Positions 49,939 to 64,000 of a stretch of 64,000 nucleotides of DNA are shown here, one piece after another. Positions within the stretch are counted from its first letter, which is position 1. The number at the start of each line of letters is the position of its first letter. Origin of the DNA: Tubiluchus corallicola (Eukaryota; Animalia; Priapulida). The stretch covers positions 372,001-436,000 of the forward strand of contig JAQGDQ010000040.1 of the NCBI GenBank assembly GCA_030141605.1, in the 5' to 3' direction. Below the pieces are notes generated by a model. The model was not told the DNA's origin and did no database searches. It saw only the letters and a program-made list of their open reading frames with translations. Made by a program: the position numbers and the translations under genes.

Positions 49939-52861
49939 TTTCAGCTGAAATTAAATATCTCTCAGAGTCAATTTTTCAAAAATTTTGGCATCACATTTCA
50001 AGACCGAGTGCCCATTAGCCCACTAGCCATCTATTGCCCATTAGCTGACGCGTCCAAGTTCACCGAGTTCTTGCAGCTTTACCTGTAGAAACCAGCTATG
50101 CTGTACAAACCCACAATGAGCAACGCTATCAGGTAAGCATGTCAAACTTCCTGCACCTGAACCAAGGTCACTGCTTAACAGCAATATGAAACTCCTGGCG
50201 AAGCCAATAAAACTAAGCAAAGTTGTGAATATTGTAAATACTTAATTTAATTGTGAGAAACTACTAACCGGTAATTGCATATTGATTTATACGTATAATG
50301 TTTGGTTGTTAACTATGGTTTGAATTGTGGTCAATTGTATTGTCATTTGTATTGGTCAATATTTCACATAAAACCGTTCACATGAATATTGCAAAAATAT
50401 TTGGTGGTACATTATTCATCTTTCAGCGCACATTAAAATGGAAACTAAAAAATCTCAATTCCTGGGTTAAAATTCGCAATAAAATGAACATCGTTAGTAA
50501 ATTATTTACAATTAAAACTGAAAGTCAAATTTGTTAGGGATTACAGAAACACGAGGGTTTTTTTACCTAGGAAGCTCAACTGCATGGGTACTGTCTAGTC
50601 AAATTAAATTCTTTCTGGGAAACATTATTCGGTTGAGGCATTAAATTAAGCTCTTTAAGTAGAGCACTGACGCAGAAAAGTGCGGTGGTACTTTGCACGT
50701 GGCATGTGGTTTTTTGACTTCTGACCCAGCATGTATAACAAACATTTTGCACATGGCTAGTTTGCTAAGTTACTTATTTAACGCAACCGCTTACTCTTCT
50801 TTAATACTTCTGTGTTCAACCCTTTTGTTGGCCTTTAACAGACGTACACAAATATATTACTTGTACTGTCTTATTCATATTCAAAGTAACTGTTTGTACA
50901 TCATAAATTATGATTTATGGTTACTACAATGTACTTGCATTTGTGTTGTATGCACAATGCACGATTGTAACATATAATGACAGCATTTCTTTCTCAATCT
51001 ACATTTTTTGATGGGTAAATTCTGTTTTCTTACCCTGTTCCTAAACCAGCTCAATAATCTCGAATTAAGCTTTCTTCACTTCTTTCCAGATGATGGTAGT
51101 TAGTTGCTATCGCTAGTACTGAGTGGCAGTTTTTTGCCACTTAAACGAAAAGCTTGGTGAAAAAATAAGTGCAAGCTAGGAGGCTATAACAAACTACACC
51201 ACTATGTTCAGAGAAACAGCAATTGAATGATATGTTAAAGCGCAAGAAAATACCATTCATAAATAAAGTTTTAGAAATTCATCTTGAAATTTTATATCAC
51301 TTACATACTGCCTTATTGCATACAGAGCTTGTGTTAACAGTAACGTTGTATAAAATTGTGAAATTTAAATGAACGTGATGACAGTTAGATGCAGCTATTT
51401 TAATAGTGGTAAGTCGTTTGAAATAAGTTTAGATAACATTGTGCAAACTTTGAGAAAATAATCAGAGCGTTCGTAGCACACTCTTCATCAACTAAGCAAC
51501 CGTATAAATTACTTTTTCTTGTCAATAAGATCGATCAATAATGTGTTTTCTGGTGAACAAGTGGTGCCCACTAGGATGATGGTGTAGTGCTGCCTTACCG
51601 GGTAGCGCAGATATTTTAAATTATTAAGAATTTTACTTTCCAATTATATAAGTCTCTTAAAGTTGTAACTTTGTATTGAAAGTTTTTTGAGACATGCTCT
51701 AAAATTCCCTTTTCTTCCCTTTTAAGAAAGTCGAAGTGCCTTTTTATGAATTTATTCCATTGCAGTATGCTCTTTTAACTTATACTCAGGCAGGCTTAAA
51801 AAATAAATCTAAATTAAGTAAAGTAAAAAAAGAAAAGGAAGAGGCAGAATAAAGAAAGCAAATGACTTTATTTCGAGTTTTGAACATAGTTTTACCTATA
51901 GGCTTTTTTATACTGAAATCTTTCAGAGATTTCTGCTGTTCATTTTGAATTCCTCAGTTACTGTAAACTTAGCTTAACCTAAGTTGTTTTGCACATAAAC
52001 GATCAGAAAATAACTCAACATTCCAAACAGTCATTTCTGTGATTTCTTGAATATATTGGCTTCACGCCAAATAATTGAAAATTACCTGCCGTTTTTCTGC
52101 CAAGCGATTAAAATTATTAGTAAGTGAAGATTAATAAAGGCGTAAGCTATACTGCTGCACCGCTGTTAATTATTGGCAAAAATAGAGCTCAATAGAACTC
52201 TGGATAGAATACAGGCGAAACCAGAGAAAAAGCATTAAGGCTTCTTTTCATAAGACTGACGCTCATGTGACAGACGTGTCACGATTTCCAATACATCTTA
52301 TAATTAAAGAAACCATTTATTCCACGGGCATCAGATGACATATTTTGTCAGAATCGGACATGCGTTCATTTCAACTGCAACTACAGCTGCTCGATTCACT
52401 TATTTTAGGAACCGTTCAAGCAATGTAAATTCCTCGTTTGCACTAATAGTCTGGCAGCCCGTGGGGTGAACTTTGCACATTCGGGGTAAGTCTTTTCTCA
52501 GTGGTTTTCTCATGTTCCCTTTTAAGAAGAAATGAGGGTGAGGGTGAACAATCTGGGATATGAACCAAACGTGTTACATTAGAAAAGTACGTTCTATAAC
52601 AAATCAAAACTGTCGCGATCATGCAAATGAAAACACCAAGGAAAGCAAAGCTATTATTTTTAACATAAAAGACACAAAAAATTATTAAATTTTAAACACT
52701 CCACGAAACATTGTGTTCAAGAATGACACCAAATTATTCAGTTAGGCCATATAGTCGATTTTTATCCCGAAAATGCAAGGTTCAGCCAAAAAATGGCTTT
52801 TGGCTGCCGGACTATAAACAGACAATGAAAACCTAGCCGCTACATTTCAATAATAACTTAC

Positions 52862-53681
52862 TAAGCATTTTCAGAACAGCCCTCCTGGCGCATATTTGAA
52901 GTCGTAGCGTGACGTCACCGCTATTGGTGGAACTATCCGAGGGAGCCCGACTTAGATGCATCTTCCTGAGTTCATACCCGATGAGCAAGTACAGGACAGT
53001 TATAACGCACATGGGAATGATGAAAAACATGAAAGTTGATAACTCAAATATACGCGGGGAAATGTCTGGATGAACATTACATTGTGCGGACTCTGGAATG
53101 ATGAGATCAGTATCTGGATGATGAACGTAAACAATACCGTAGTTGAGCAGTATAGGTAAGCTCATGAGACCGCCAGCGAACCAGATTAAAACAATAATTT
53201 TAATGACTCTAGAAAGCTTGGACATGGTGTGATTTTTGATTGGATGACAGATGGCTAGGTAGCGTTCGATAGTGAAGGCGGTGATGGTCATGATGGAGGC
53301 ATTCATACTGGTTTCAGCTGCCAGACCTCGAATAATGCAAAACACCGCACCAAACATGTACGGATACTCGTGCCAGTACTGAGTCAGCTCCTGCGGAAGT
53401 CCAAATATTAGTAACAGCACATCAGAAATAGCGAGACTAAATAGATAAAAATTTGTCGCAGTGTGCATGTATCTGTTTCTGGCTATAACCACACAGGTAG
53501 AAATGTTACCGATCACACCTGTCACAAAGATTAACGTAAAAAATATTGTAATAGGCATCACCAGCGACAAGGATCCCCTCTGGGGACCAAGCTCTTGCTC
53601 TAGATACCTGTAAATGTCTTGAATGGTTTCATTCGTGGGCATTATTGAACTTCCACCACTTTCTTTAGCTAGTTCGCTCAT
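52862..53681 (-). CDS. Pyrokinin/CAPA/neuromedin-U-receptor-like GPCR, coding exon 1 (N-terminus to ICL3)
   Basis: LGPQR, GVIGN, MHTATNFYLFSLAISD, AAETS, ITAFTIERYLAICHP, FFIIPM..I.VLY..IG, AVLKML, then donor A|gtaagt in phase 1. Confidence 0.96.
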
Positions 53682-54639
53682 AATGTCTTGGTCGATTAAT
53701 AGCTCAATATCTCAAAACTCAAAAACTTTTAACTTTATTTATCGCATTTTTCACTTTGTTATTTAGGTTGTTGTCTAATTATTATACAATGTAACAATGC
53801 ACGCGCATGTACACTTTGACACAATTACGAAAATGAACAACAAATTGATATGGCTCCTCATTTTACCTGTTTGCGTTTTCATGGTCTCACATTGTGGCTC
53901 AGGTTACAGATCATTCTTGTCAATATCGTCAGCTAAATACGTTTAGCATTATTATAATACATGCCAATAGATTTTCTTCGCTCACAATGCACATAGTAAT
54001 GATTATACGAAGTGGTAACTAATGTTGCTCACTGCTGATAAGTACTGACGACTGCGTCACGAAAATTCCCGTTGCAAAAATTACCATTGACTGGAACCAA
54101 GTGAACAATGTGCGACATGCATCTTTTGTCAAGCTCATTCAAAATGTAAAATATTTGCCATAATAACATTTAATGCTTCATTTTCTCGGCTCATAAAATA
54201 ATTGTAAATCTGCAAGTGTAAAACCAATACTGACTGTTCCCATTCGTCAGGCGTTAGTGTAACGAGTTGTAACTACTTTCTTAGGTCTCTGAAAGTTGCG
54301 CACTCACGCAGTCAACTCTGGCTTCATTGCAGATTGGAGCTTGCTTGTTTGTGCAGGTAATGCTCTTCCTGCATGCTATCACACCTGTGATGTACACTGC
54401 TGGCAAAATTGTGAAGAGTTGGGATTGTGTCATTAAAGCTAGGATTATTTAAAAGATTGTAATCACAGCTAGAAACTTAGCAGTAAAATTAACGTGAATA
54501 AAATAGTTATCAATGAGCAAATTAATAAAAGTGGAAAAGAAAAAAGAAACCGAGTAACTAAGTGAGCAAGCAAATAAGCAAACAAAACAAACAAATAAAC
54601 ATATTAACTAACCCAACCAATCAAACAGCCAACCAACTC

Positions 54640-54815
<176 letters not shown>

Positions 54816-57800
54816 TTTAAAAAACAAATATATACAAGAAGGTGTCCCTCTGTTTGCAGGGAGTTGTTTTACATGTAAATAAAATTTGAAGATATTAAGA
54901 CATATCACAGATATAGAGTTACCTAAATAAAAGGTTGACTTAGTAACTGAGTAACAATTAATAGTTGGCCATTCATTTTACAAACCATTCGGGAAGACTA
55001 GCTAGTTAACCAAAAAACCGATAAAAAACCAAGCAAGTAATCAAAAAACAACCAAAGACCAAACGGCCGAGTGATCGAGAACCAAGCAACAGAACTTCAT
55101 TTTGGATTCGTAATAATAATAATCGAAAATTACTGAAATTTGTTAAGCAGTCGTTATGAATACTGTTTCCTTTCCTGTTTTCCTGTTGCTTATTTTATTT
55201 ATTTATTTTTTACTGAGCACTGTCTATTCTAATAATTGACGATTCGACCTAGTTTCTTAGCCCTCTGAAACTGAAAAGCTGTTAACACTTCCATAAATCG
55301 TTTATGGCACCCAGTGCTTCGAAATGTTCCACTTGCTTTTCCGTAGTACCGTCCTTGCCCAATTGTCCTTGATTTTTTCCCTGCCGAAAATTTCTTGCTG
55401 CAAATACCAGACACATGCCACATGGAAAGCAAAACTGCCGCTTTTTATTTTTTACTTCCGGCGAAGCAGCTAAGTGGGTGATGCAACCAAATGAGCAAGG
55501 AAGTGACATCAAAATCATCCTAACTACCATTACATAATTGCTCTTGATGCGAAATCAGTTCTGCGCCCTAAAGAGTTCAGGGAAACTACTCTCCTGCTTC
55601 TGGCTTGTCCATATTTATTCTATTCGTTTCTTCTGAATATATCTGCGGCATAATCTGCCCAAGTAAAATTTGGCCCCAGTAAAAACAGCAATTTGCTGTT
55701 ATGTTTGCAATTTGCAATTTATTCGTTATGTTTAATAGGTTCGTTAGTAGGAGTACTTACACAAGCAGTTACACAAGCAGGTGAAATATCTTGACACAGA
55801 GAGGAAAACATTCTACTTATGTTTTGTAATTAATGTCATTTTAATTAGACTTCTACTTCGATAAAATTTGAATGAGAAAGTACCGCTTTTACTGTTTATG
55901 TGCTGTTTCAGTGATTTTATCGAACTGTAGATCTGTATACCGGAGAAAACATGCATGTTTCCCTATAATTTCTCTGTAATTTCCCAATTTCTGTGTGCAA
56001 CTGAGCGAACATCCTGAAAATTATTGTTCATAATTTCTTATAACTATAACTAGGATGTACACCAAAGTTCCCCACTGCAGTGTTACTAGACGTATTTGAC
56101 AAATTGATTGGAGAAAAATGGACATTGGGGCGTAACTGTAACAAAATTACAAATTGTGAACTAAGAACGCCAGGCAAATGCTTTTTAATGCATTTGTTTA
56201 AACCAGCCTTATTACGCTTAAACCAAGACGTAAATGGCATCAAAGCGTTAAAATCCAGAATGAGTGAAAATTTCTCATTGGAATTACCCTGAAATTTAGT
56301 AAGTTTAAAAAACTGTTATGATTAACCGCTCTGGCTTCAAAATATCATGACAATTCCTGCCAACACAAAACGTGATCTTTTTTGTAAGAGATTGTGTCAA
56401 AATGCGAGAACTAATAACAACTGTTGCGGCACGGAAAACACGAACGATTGGACAAAACTCACCCGTGATACAGGCTTACCGCATAGCAAGCAATACAGCT
56501 CTAGGTATTTATTATGCAGGTTTTCAATCTTCTTATTCAAACATTTCAGTTAAGCTGCTACTTCTCCAGGGTCACCCAACTGAATCCATAAACCACAGAA
56601 GGTAAGACGAGACAAGATAGGATTTTATCTTTTACTTTGTACATTGAATATAATAACAGACTATTATTTCCACAATGTTCTGAGCGTTAATACTAAAAGC
56701 TGTTAACCTAGGCATAATTATACCTTGTTATACGAATAAAACTATTGCACAAAATTATATAAAATATCAAGAAGATTGAAATACTAGGCTTAAATCTATT
56801 ATAATCCTAAGTATCGCGTAACTATAATGCGTGCTATCGATCCTTATAATTATAATTAGCTATTAAAATGCAGTACGAAATTAAGAAGAAAAGTCTGTGA
56901 AAATAATAAAATGCAGTAGCAAAGAAGAGAGACTTGGTCACAATCATAGGTTTATAGTGTAAAAATTGGTAACTAACATATAGTATAATAAAGAGTGACC
57001 AAAGTCATAAGCAAAAAAATCACTGTTACAAGAAAAATAGAGATTAAAAATAATCGTTTTATAACGAAAACTTTTTTTATAATCTGTTCTGCGTTTTTGT
57101 ACATAGAGCTGTCATCAGAAACTTATTTCGTGGTATGAACTATATCATTCACGTTTCATTATTCTTTGAATTTTTTCTGATAAACCATTACTCCTCTAGC
57201 GACCTCCTTTTCACATTTCCCATAAGCAAGAAGCATCCCGAAAAACAAAAGGATTGAGTTTCCAATACAGTAAACCACGCGCATATAAACCTGTGCCATA
57301 TATGTCCATTTATACCATCGGGTAATCGAAGCAATGTGAAATTAACATTGTTTGTGGTTTGATGAGCCGTCCATAAGACATTGACTGAAGGGCTGATTGC
57401 AAACACGCCAAACTTCCGGTCTGGAGGTTTGCGAGTAACACCGTTTATAAATGGATTTGCGACTGATTGGCTTGTTAAACTGGCTTTCCCCTTTCTCTCT
57501 TTGATTTTCTTGTTGGTGTGCACAAATGTCGTAATTGGGAACAGCGACAACTACACTGACAACCACTGCGCAGTGAGAAGTAACTTCAACACCAGACTGC
57601 TTTGACGAGAACGCCAGCGCCGCACAACGACTAGAGCAACAACATGCGGCAGTAACAACAGCAATAAACTGAAGTAAAATAGTATTACGAAGTTAAGCAT
57701 CGCTAATTTGCTATCTTCATGCTAACATTAACAATAAACTTTGCTACACCATAAACGAGTCATCATTTCTTATTCTTATCGCAGAACGCAAGCCCTTCCT

Positions 57801-58579
57801 ATTAAATTATTTGCTAACAGTACTTTGACTTTTTTGATTAAATGCGTAATTTCGCGTATACGCGCAGTGGAGGCCATAATTTAGGTGGTGTTTACGTACA
57901 TCCAGAATGGGTGTACGTTATGCGGATGCGAAATAGATAAAATCGGTTTATATTATTTTCAATGCACCCACTTTATTATATGTGTTATTTTTCTTTGCAG
58001 CTGTCTCCAATTGATTTTTCATGTACGTAATTCCGTAGATGGATAACGCATAATGGATGGCTTATTCCAAATAAGTAAATAACAATGCAGTTTTCTTCTC
58101 CAGACGAAACTCAACAAACACAACTCACCTGTTTATTATTGCATAACAACTTCATTTTGCAAGTATTAATGGTGAAATAACGACAGAATAATAGTGTAGC
58201 AGTGGTAACGAAGCATTAATAGGCTACGCTGCACTTTTGATCAAAACAGCAAGTGACATGTTAATTTGTAGCTATGACACACACGCCAGCAAATACATAA
58301 CAGCTTCATATATAACACCTATATATGTTACAATACCTTAAAAAATAATCATATGGTTTATAATATATTAACCCTGAAAATGATTTCCGAGAGGACTTGA
58401 TAAATAATAATGTTGATGAATGGTGGGAAATATGAAAACGATTATTTGGGAGTTCAAATGATGGACGTCGATAAAATTATTATGTTGAGCGCCATTGCGA
58501 ACTAATCATACGGGTTTCGTCGCACTGTTAGTAAGCCTATGCCCTTCTCGTGCTGCCGGCACATGGAATAGTTAACTAA

Positions 58580-58695
58580 AGCGGCGTCCACACTGTCACT
58601 TTACCGCGACACTTTTTATGTGGATATTAAACCCACATCGGTGCCCTGGGTGCACGATTATTTCACTGTGACAATATGACAGTGTGGACGACGCA
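58580..58695. mobile_element. PIF/Harbinger-type MITE
   Basis: TIR GCGGCGTCCACACTGTCA / TGACAGTGTGGACGACGC with TAA TSD (58577-58579, 58696-58698). Confidence 0.8.
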
Positions 58696-61600
58696 TAAGG
58701 CGTATTCATCATGACAAAATGACAATGAGGACGAAGCATAAGACTTATACTGCCTCAAGGGTGACACCTAGGTCTTAGCCTGTGTTAATAACCATTGCTA
58801 AATTAACTGGGCATTTGGGCTAATAAAATAACCCATTTCCTTCTGCTCTATGCCATTGCTCACGGAGTACTGCAGCACCTTTCGGAAAAATTCAATCATT
58901 TCTAGGCACGTACATGAATGTATTTATTGAAACCTTCGGGGTTTTCTGAAAACGTTGTGTTTTTACGTGTTTAATGGGAGAAATGCACTTTTGAGACAAA
59001 GTTTTGTCATATCGTAGACAAATGAACTGCCTGAGAGGATAGAAGCAATATGGTCGCTATATGTACCCTGAATGCAAAACCTGCAATTAATAAGTCTCTA
59101 ACGCTAATGAAACCGTTGCCATCCGAATAATTTCCGATTACTTTTAGTCCCAACAAAGGTTGTTAATCTTACCAGCAACTTTACTTTACATAGCTGCCCT
59201 TTGTAGGCCTACATGATATCGGTGAATTGATAAAAGATGAATAGTTTTAGCACTCCTATAAGGACTTAATGAAGTAAGCAATAAAGGTCACAGCGTTGCT
59301 GCAAGTGCTTTTCAACCAAAATAATATGATTACCCACCGAAAGCTACAATGAGGTTTGTGGCGAGGAATAGCTGACTGGTAACCGTGCGTGCTGGGCAAC
59401 CGAAGCTCAACAATGTTGAGGCTGTTCGGCAAATGAATGGGTAACTGCAGGATTCAATACCTATTTGGAGCGAATTTATTTATCACTGACGCTAACTACT
59501 AACATCATAGAGGGAGACTGCATAACATGAATGACATAAACATTTAACTAAAATATCTCTGTTGATTCACAGTCTCATCTAATAGGATTATCCTTGATAA
59601 TGAACCAGATTCCGGTCTCGCCACAAGAACGTAGGTTCTGAGACAGGTGTTGAGCCACCGACAGAATTTGTACGCCTAAATGGTTCGTTCATTCATGGAG
59701 CATGAACATGAGACTTGCACAGTGAAAGGAGAATTCAACATTACATTTTAAATTGTCAAACGCCATAGTTTCTACTCCATGTGGTTCTAAGTCGTGTGAT
59801 GCCGTAAGTTTTATTTCAAATTCTGGCAAAATGTTTAAAATTTTCGCAGTAGCATTATCAGATCGAGCGTTTTTTTTTTCGTTAACAAAAATAATGCCTT
59901 AGTACGTATTCTTCTTTCGCATTTTTTTCTGCATTACTTGAATAGGTGTTTCTCAAACGAAAACACAACAACTTCAAGAAGTTTGTCCGTTTGTGCTGTA
60001 TGCTTTGTACATATTATTGTTCTAATGGCATTTCTGATAGAACACCTGAAGACGGAGCTAATTACCGTTTTCGTAAGTCACTGTAATTTTACGAGGTTGT
60101 CGTAAGAGTAAATAGAGACCTACATGCTTCAACATTATGGACTGTATGTAAATTATTCGATCAAATCCAGGAAAATTTTTGGTTTAACGATAGCTTGTAG
60201 TAAGGAATCCTGATCTGTCAACTCATATAGCAATTCAAATTGGTTTCGTTCATCAGTAGTTCACACTGAATTATGACTAATTATTGGAATACCATGTACC
60301 CAGTTTACAAAGGAAAAACTAAAGTTATTCAAAAAATAATTATTAGGTCCATGAATAACAATACTCGTGGGGTTGGCACAGATGTTCAATTTGCAAGCAT
60401 ATTACATCAGCGTGTCACTTTGTAAGCCATTACTTCACTAAAATATATCAAAGGTCTATCGGTAGCCTGCAGAAATCACCAAGATATCGTATATTGAGCT
60501 TTGAGATAAATACCACACAAACTTTACAAGTCTCATTAGAAAATTACAGCAGTACTTTCGCGGGGTTGAGGCTTTCGTGTACATACTGTGTCACTCTGCC
60601 TAATTTGCTTCCGGAGAACTTGAAACTCAGATGAATTGATTCAATGAGATGAATTATCAGAGCAGTGAAGAGTGATTTATTGTCAATCATAAGATGCTAT
60701 AAGAACTTTATTTCACATGCATCCTACTTTATGGTCAGCAATGGAAAATGAAATTATATTAAACAATGTAGTCACTATCGTGAATGGAAACAAACATACG
60801 GTCTTTTACTCCCCTTCCCTAAGTAAATAAAATATTTATGATGGACCTGCTAATATAATAAAATTACTTAACAAGAACATGTAACATTTTTTAAACTGTG
60901 GTGCTTATCTTTTTGTTTTAATTATTACTGTATTTAATTAAAACTTAGAATAGTAAGCAAGCTATTTAAAGGAGAAGAAAAAATTACAGTTAAATACCTG
61001 GGACTTCAAAATGCAAAAAGTCAATTATGTATAGTAATTGTATACATGACTTTATCCTGAACAATTTTACGAAATTTGTCATTATTTGGAAATCTATAGA
61101 TTTGTTGAGATCAACAGATTCAGCAAATGTTTGATATTATTTTGAGCACTTTTGAACATAGGTTCTGAATGTTGGTTCAAGGCTAGCAAAAACGTAACAT
61201 GCAACAACAAAAAGGCTATTATGTAAGAATGCCAGTATAAAGCAACAATCATTATTTATGTAACAATTTTTGAAACATTATGTAAAAATTTTTGTATCAC
61301 TGTGTAATAATCTCAGTGTAACAAAAAATAAAGCTTTATTGTAATAGACTAACGTAGAGTTGATCCTTGTATAATTGGGTCTGTCACGATCGGAGTTTGC
61401 TCAATTATTGAGCTGGGTCAGTTTCTTTCTGTTATGGTTCATTGTAGGTCTGGTTGTAGGTCTGGCTCAGGGTCAGTCTGGTCTTGTCTGTATGGGGTTT
61501 GATTTGTCAGAAGGTTTGATCTATCACTTGTCTCAGTGGTGTGTGTCTGTGGTCTAATCTAGCACGCCTATCTGAGGTCGTGTCTATCTGCAGTCTTATC

Positions 61601-62902
61601 TGTATATCGTGTCTATCTAAAGTCTGATCGGGATCTGTTAAAGCAAAATATAGCACATTTTTCACACTATTTTTTTGGTTTTCATACTACTTTTTGATAC
61701 AACATAAGGAGATAGAAAGTCAAAGAACGTACAAGGTAAATAAATATCGATCAATCACGTTTAGTTAACACCAGTTAATTCTTCTTTTCTACCAGATGGC
61801 TCTAAGTGTGGGTTCAGTACACTGTTTGCTAAGGATTTAGTTCATGTTTCCCGTTTAGGTTAGGATAGCCAGGAGATCACCTTTAAAATGTAAAGTACCA
61901 ATTTATGAAAATCAGCCAATGCTCTAAGGGGTTGTTCTAGATGTGTGTGTGGTTCCACTCGGTCTGATCTGGCCTGCGCCTGGTCTAGCTGTCTGTCTAG
62001 TCTGGTCTGTCTGAAGGCCAATTGCCCGATGGCTAAGAGACCAATAAAGTCCATTTTTGAGCTTTATGCATTTGCAAATGTATAATTATGTGGATATTTT
62101 CCCCAGCAGTGTAAAAGAGGTACATCCCTCTGTCAGACCAAACGTAGTTATTTAGCCTAGAACAGACCTTTGGTAGGGGCAAATATTAATACGTTTACAA
62201 GAAAACTCTTCTGAGACTCGTAACCATCTTAAAAACACTAGCATCTGATAGCTTTTTGAAATTTATGGGCCAAGCCATGTTCTACAAAGTCTAGCTTCAT
62301 TTGGTAATGTGTGTAACAAAAATGACAAAATTTTTAATAAAGAGCAAAATGGGAGCAAATTTGGCAGTGAAAATAACAGTCGAAAACGTTAATTTATGCC
62401 TCCCATTACTGCAAGAAAAAGATTTCTTCTCTTACCGCAATTGTTTACTGTTTCTTTTTTGGCGCTGAGAGAATTTCAGTGTTTTCTGCTGAGTTTCTCT
62501 GTTTCCTGTGTTTGAAAACGTCTGGGTAAATTACTTGACAAACCATTACTTGTAATGCCCTTTTAAATCATATTTTTGTCGTAAATTTAAATGCATAAAC
62601 AGAAAGTATAGCGACTATATTACGTTTTCATTAAAGGCAATTTGACAGAATGATATGGAGTAGCAAATGGCAGCAGCCAGCATGCTGCCTATTGTTTAAT
62701 TTCAATATTTATTGCTAACGTGCTTCAGAAAAGTTCTTGACTTCCCATAACCTGAGTACATTTCTTGTTGTTGCAGGTTTACCTGCCATTATTAATCAAT
62801 TACTATATGAAGTCTCTTTTTTATTTTCTAGATGCAGCAGTAGCCTATTGCAGTTACTTGTTATTATCATCAGAAAAAATATCTCATTCAAGATTGATTA
62901 AA

Positions 62903-63032
62903 ATGTCTGATGAGGATCAGGACCAAGCTGTGCTTTCTATGGTAGATGTTATGAACGAAGAACAAGAGTTAGAGGACGATGCAGTTGCAGTACTCGGAGC
63001 AAGTGATGCTAAAAATTGCACTTATCCACAAG
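62903..63032 (+). CDS. UBR7: UBR7 E3 ubiquitin ligase, first coding exon
   Basis: aaaATG start. Encodes MSDEDQDQAVLSMVDVMNEEQELEDDAVAVLGASDAKNCTYPQ, matching the UBR7 N-terminus (SxxDVLxExxELExEAxAVLGGSDxxxCxYxxG). Donor G|gtgggc, phase 1. Confidence 0.92.
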
Positions 63033-63373
63033 GTGGGCATTACATTTGCGCTATTTAACGTATCTTTTGTTGTTTATGTCATGTTTAATGTATATACTTG
63101 AAAAAGTGCTCATATATCATGATACCGGAAGTAATTTATTTTTCACAATTATGACATCAGTGGCAATAGCCCAGCTGCTGCATGATGCCGTTTCTGTCAG
63201 ACTTAAATGGTTAAATGAGCTTACAACTTGTATATTTACTGAGAGTATTTTGAACACTTGCATGTGAATTTTATGATAAACTGTTATCAAGCCTTCTTGG
63301 TCTATTGTACAGAGTTTAAGATTTTGTTAAAGATTTTTTTACAAAACACATGACTTTACTTGTGTTTTTTTAG

Positions 63374-64000
63374 GTTATCTTGGTCGTCAGGCACTCTACT
63401 CTTGCAAAACTTGTGTTGTAAAGGGTGTAGAACCAGCAGGTGTCTGCCTCGCATGTTCACTGGATTGTCACAATGGCCACGAGTTGTTCGAACTGTACAC
63501 AAAACGAAATTTTCGCTGTGATTGCGGCAACAGCAAATTTGAAAATTTCACTTGCAAACATTTCCCAAGTAAAGACAAAGTCAACAATCAGAATAAGTAC
63601 AACCAGAATTTCCGCGGCTTGTACTGCACATGTGCTCGGCCATATCCTGATCCAGATGATGACGTGGATGATGAGATGATTCAGTGTGTCATATGTGAAG
63701 ATTGGTATCATGGCAGACATTTGGGAAGCTCTTATCCTCCGGAAAGTGGCGAATATGCAGAAATGATATGTCCACAATGCATGAAAAATCATGACTTTTT
63801 ATGGAAGTACTGCATTTTGTCTGTTGCAGTCAAGCTCGAGAAACATGAAGATGAGGAAAAGACGATAGACGTAGAATGCACAAAAAACGAATATAATGTT
63901 ACTAATGAAAAAACTGAAAGTGATAGTGACAAATCTGCTGATTCGAAAACAGACAACTTAAGCAGTAATGCAACAAATCCTTGTCAACTCTCAGAATTAA
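63374..64000 (+). CDS. UBR7: UBR7, second coding exon (UBR box and PHD finger), open to the window end
   Basis: ttttag| then (G)YLGRQALYSCKTC...AGVCLACSLDCHNGHELFELYTKRNFRCDCGNSKF...NKYNQNFRGLYCTCARPYPDPDDDVDDEMIQCVICEDWYHGRHLG...EMICPQCM. No stop before 64000. Confidence 0.97.

Noticed and set aside
58120-58200. Candidate GPCR 5'-UTR exon (minus-strand ACAG|GTGAGT donor near 58128)
   Set aside because: A good donor alone cannot define a non-coding exon; transcript data are needed.
62765-62902. N-terminal extension of UBR7 in the ORF track
   Set aside because: It has a non-ATG start, overlaps acceptor-like sequences and shows no UBR7 similarity. ATG 62903 has good context, although an in-frame ATG at 62807 cannot be fully excluded.

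Overview
This is AT-rich, repeat-rich eukaryotic DNA, most likely from an invertebrate animal. It holds three spliced protein-coding genes that I assembled by hand from splice sites and protein motifs. (1) The 3' half of a CLCA-family gene (calcium-activated chloride channel regulator; + strand, 10 exons, 555-18492) ends in a type-I transmembrane anchor. (2) A two-coding-exon rhodopsin-class peptide GPCR of the pyrokinin/CAPA/neuromedin-U receptor group lies on the - strand (53681-52862 joined to 29473-28860, about 477 aa, 23.4-kb intron). (3) UBR7 begins at 62903 on the + strand and runs off the window. The most unusual structure is in CLCA. Its four-exon FN3 module is tandemly duplicated with matching phases and two identical exon lengths. 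The copies are joined by an RRAR linker, and the first copy has a probable GC-AG intron and a possible read-through/poly(A) switch between a TM-less and a membrane-anchored form. Non-coding DNA contains a Sola3-like non-autonomous element (about 490-bp TIRs, TTAA TSD), a bipartite RTE element, solo-LTR-like elements, Harbinger-type MITEs, SINE fragments, decayed hAT and LINE remnants, a SAP-domain fossil and many microsatellites. Most ORFs in the supplied track are spurious. No database searches were run.
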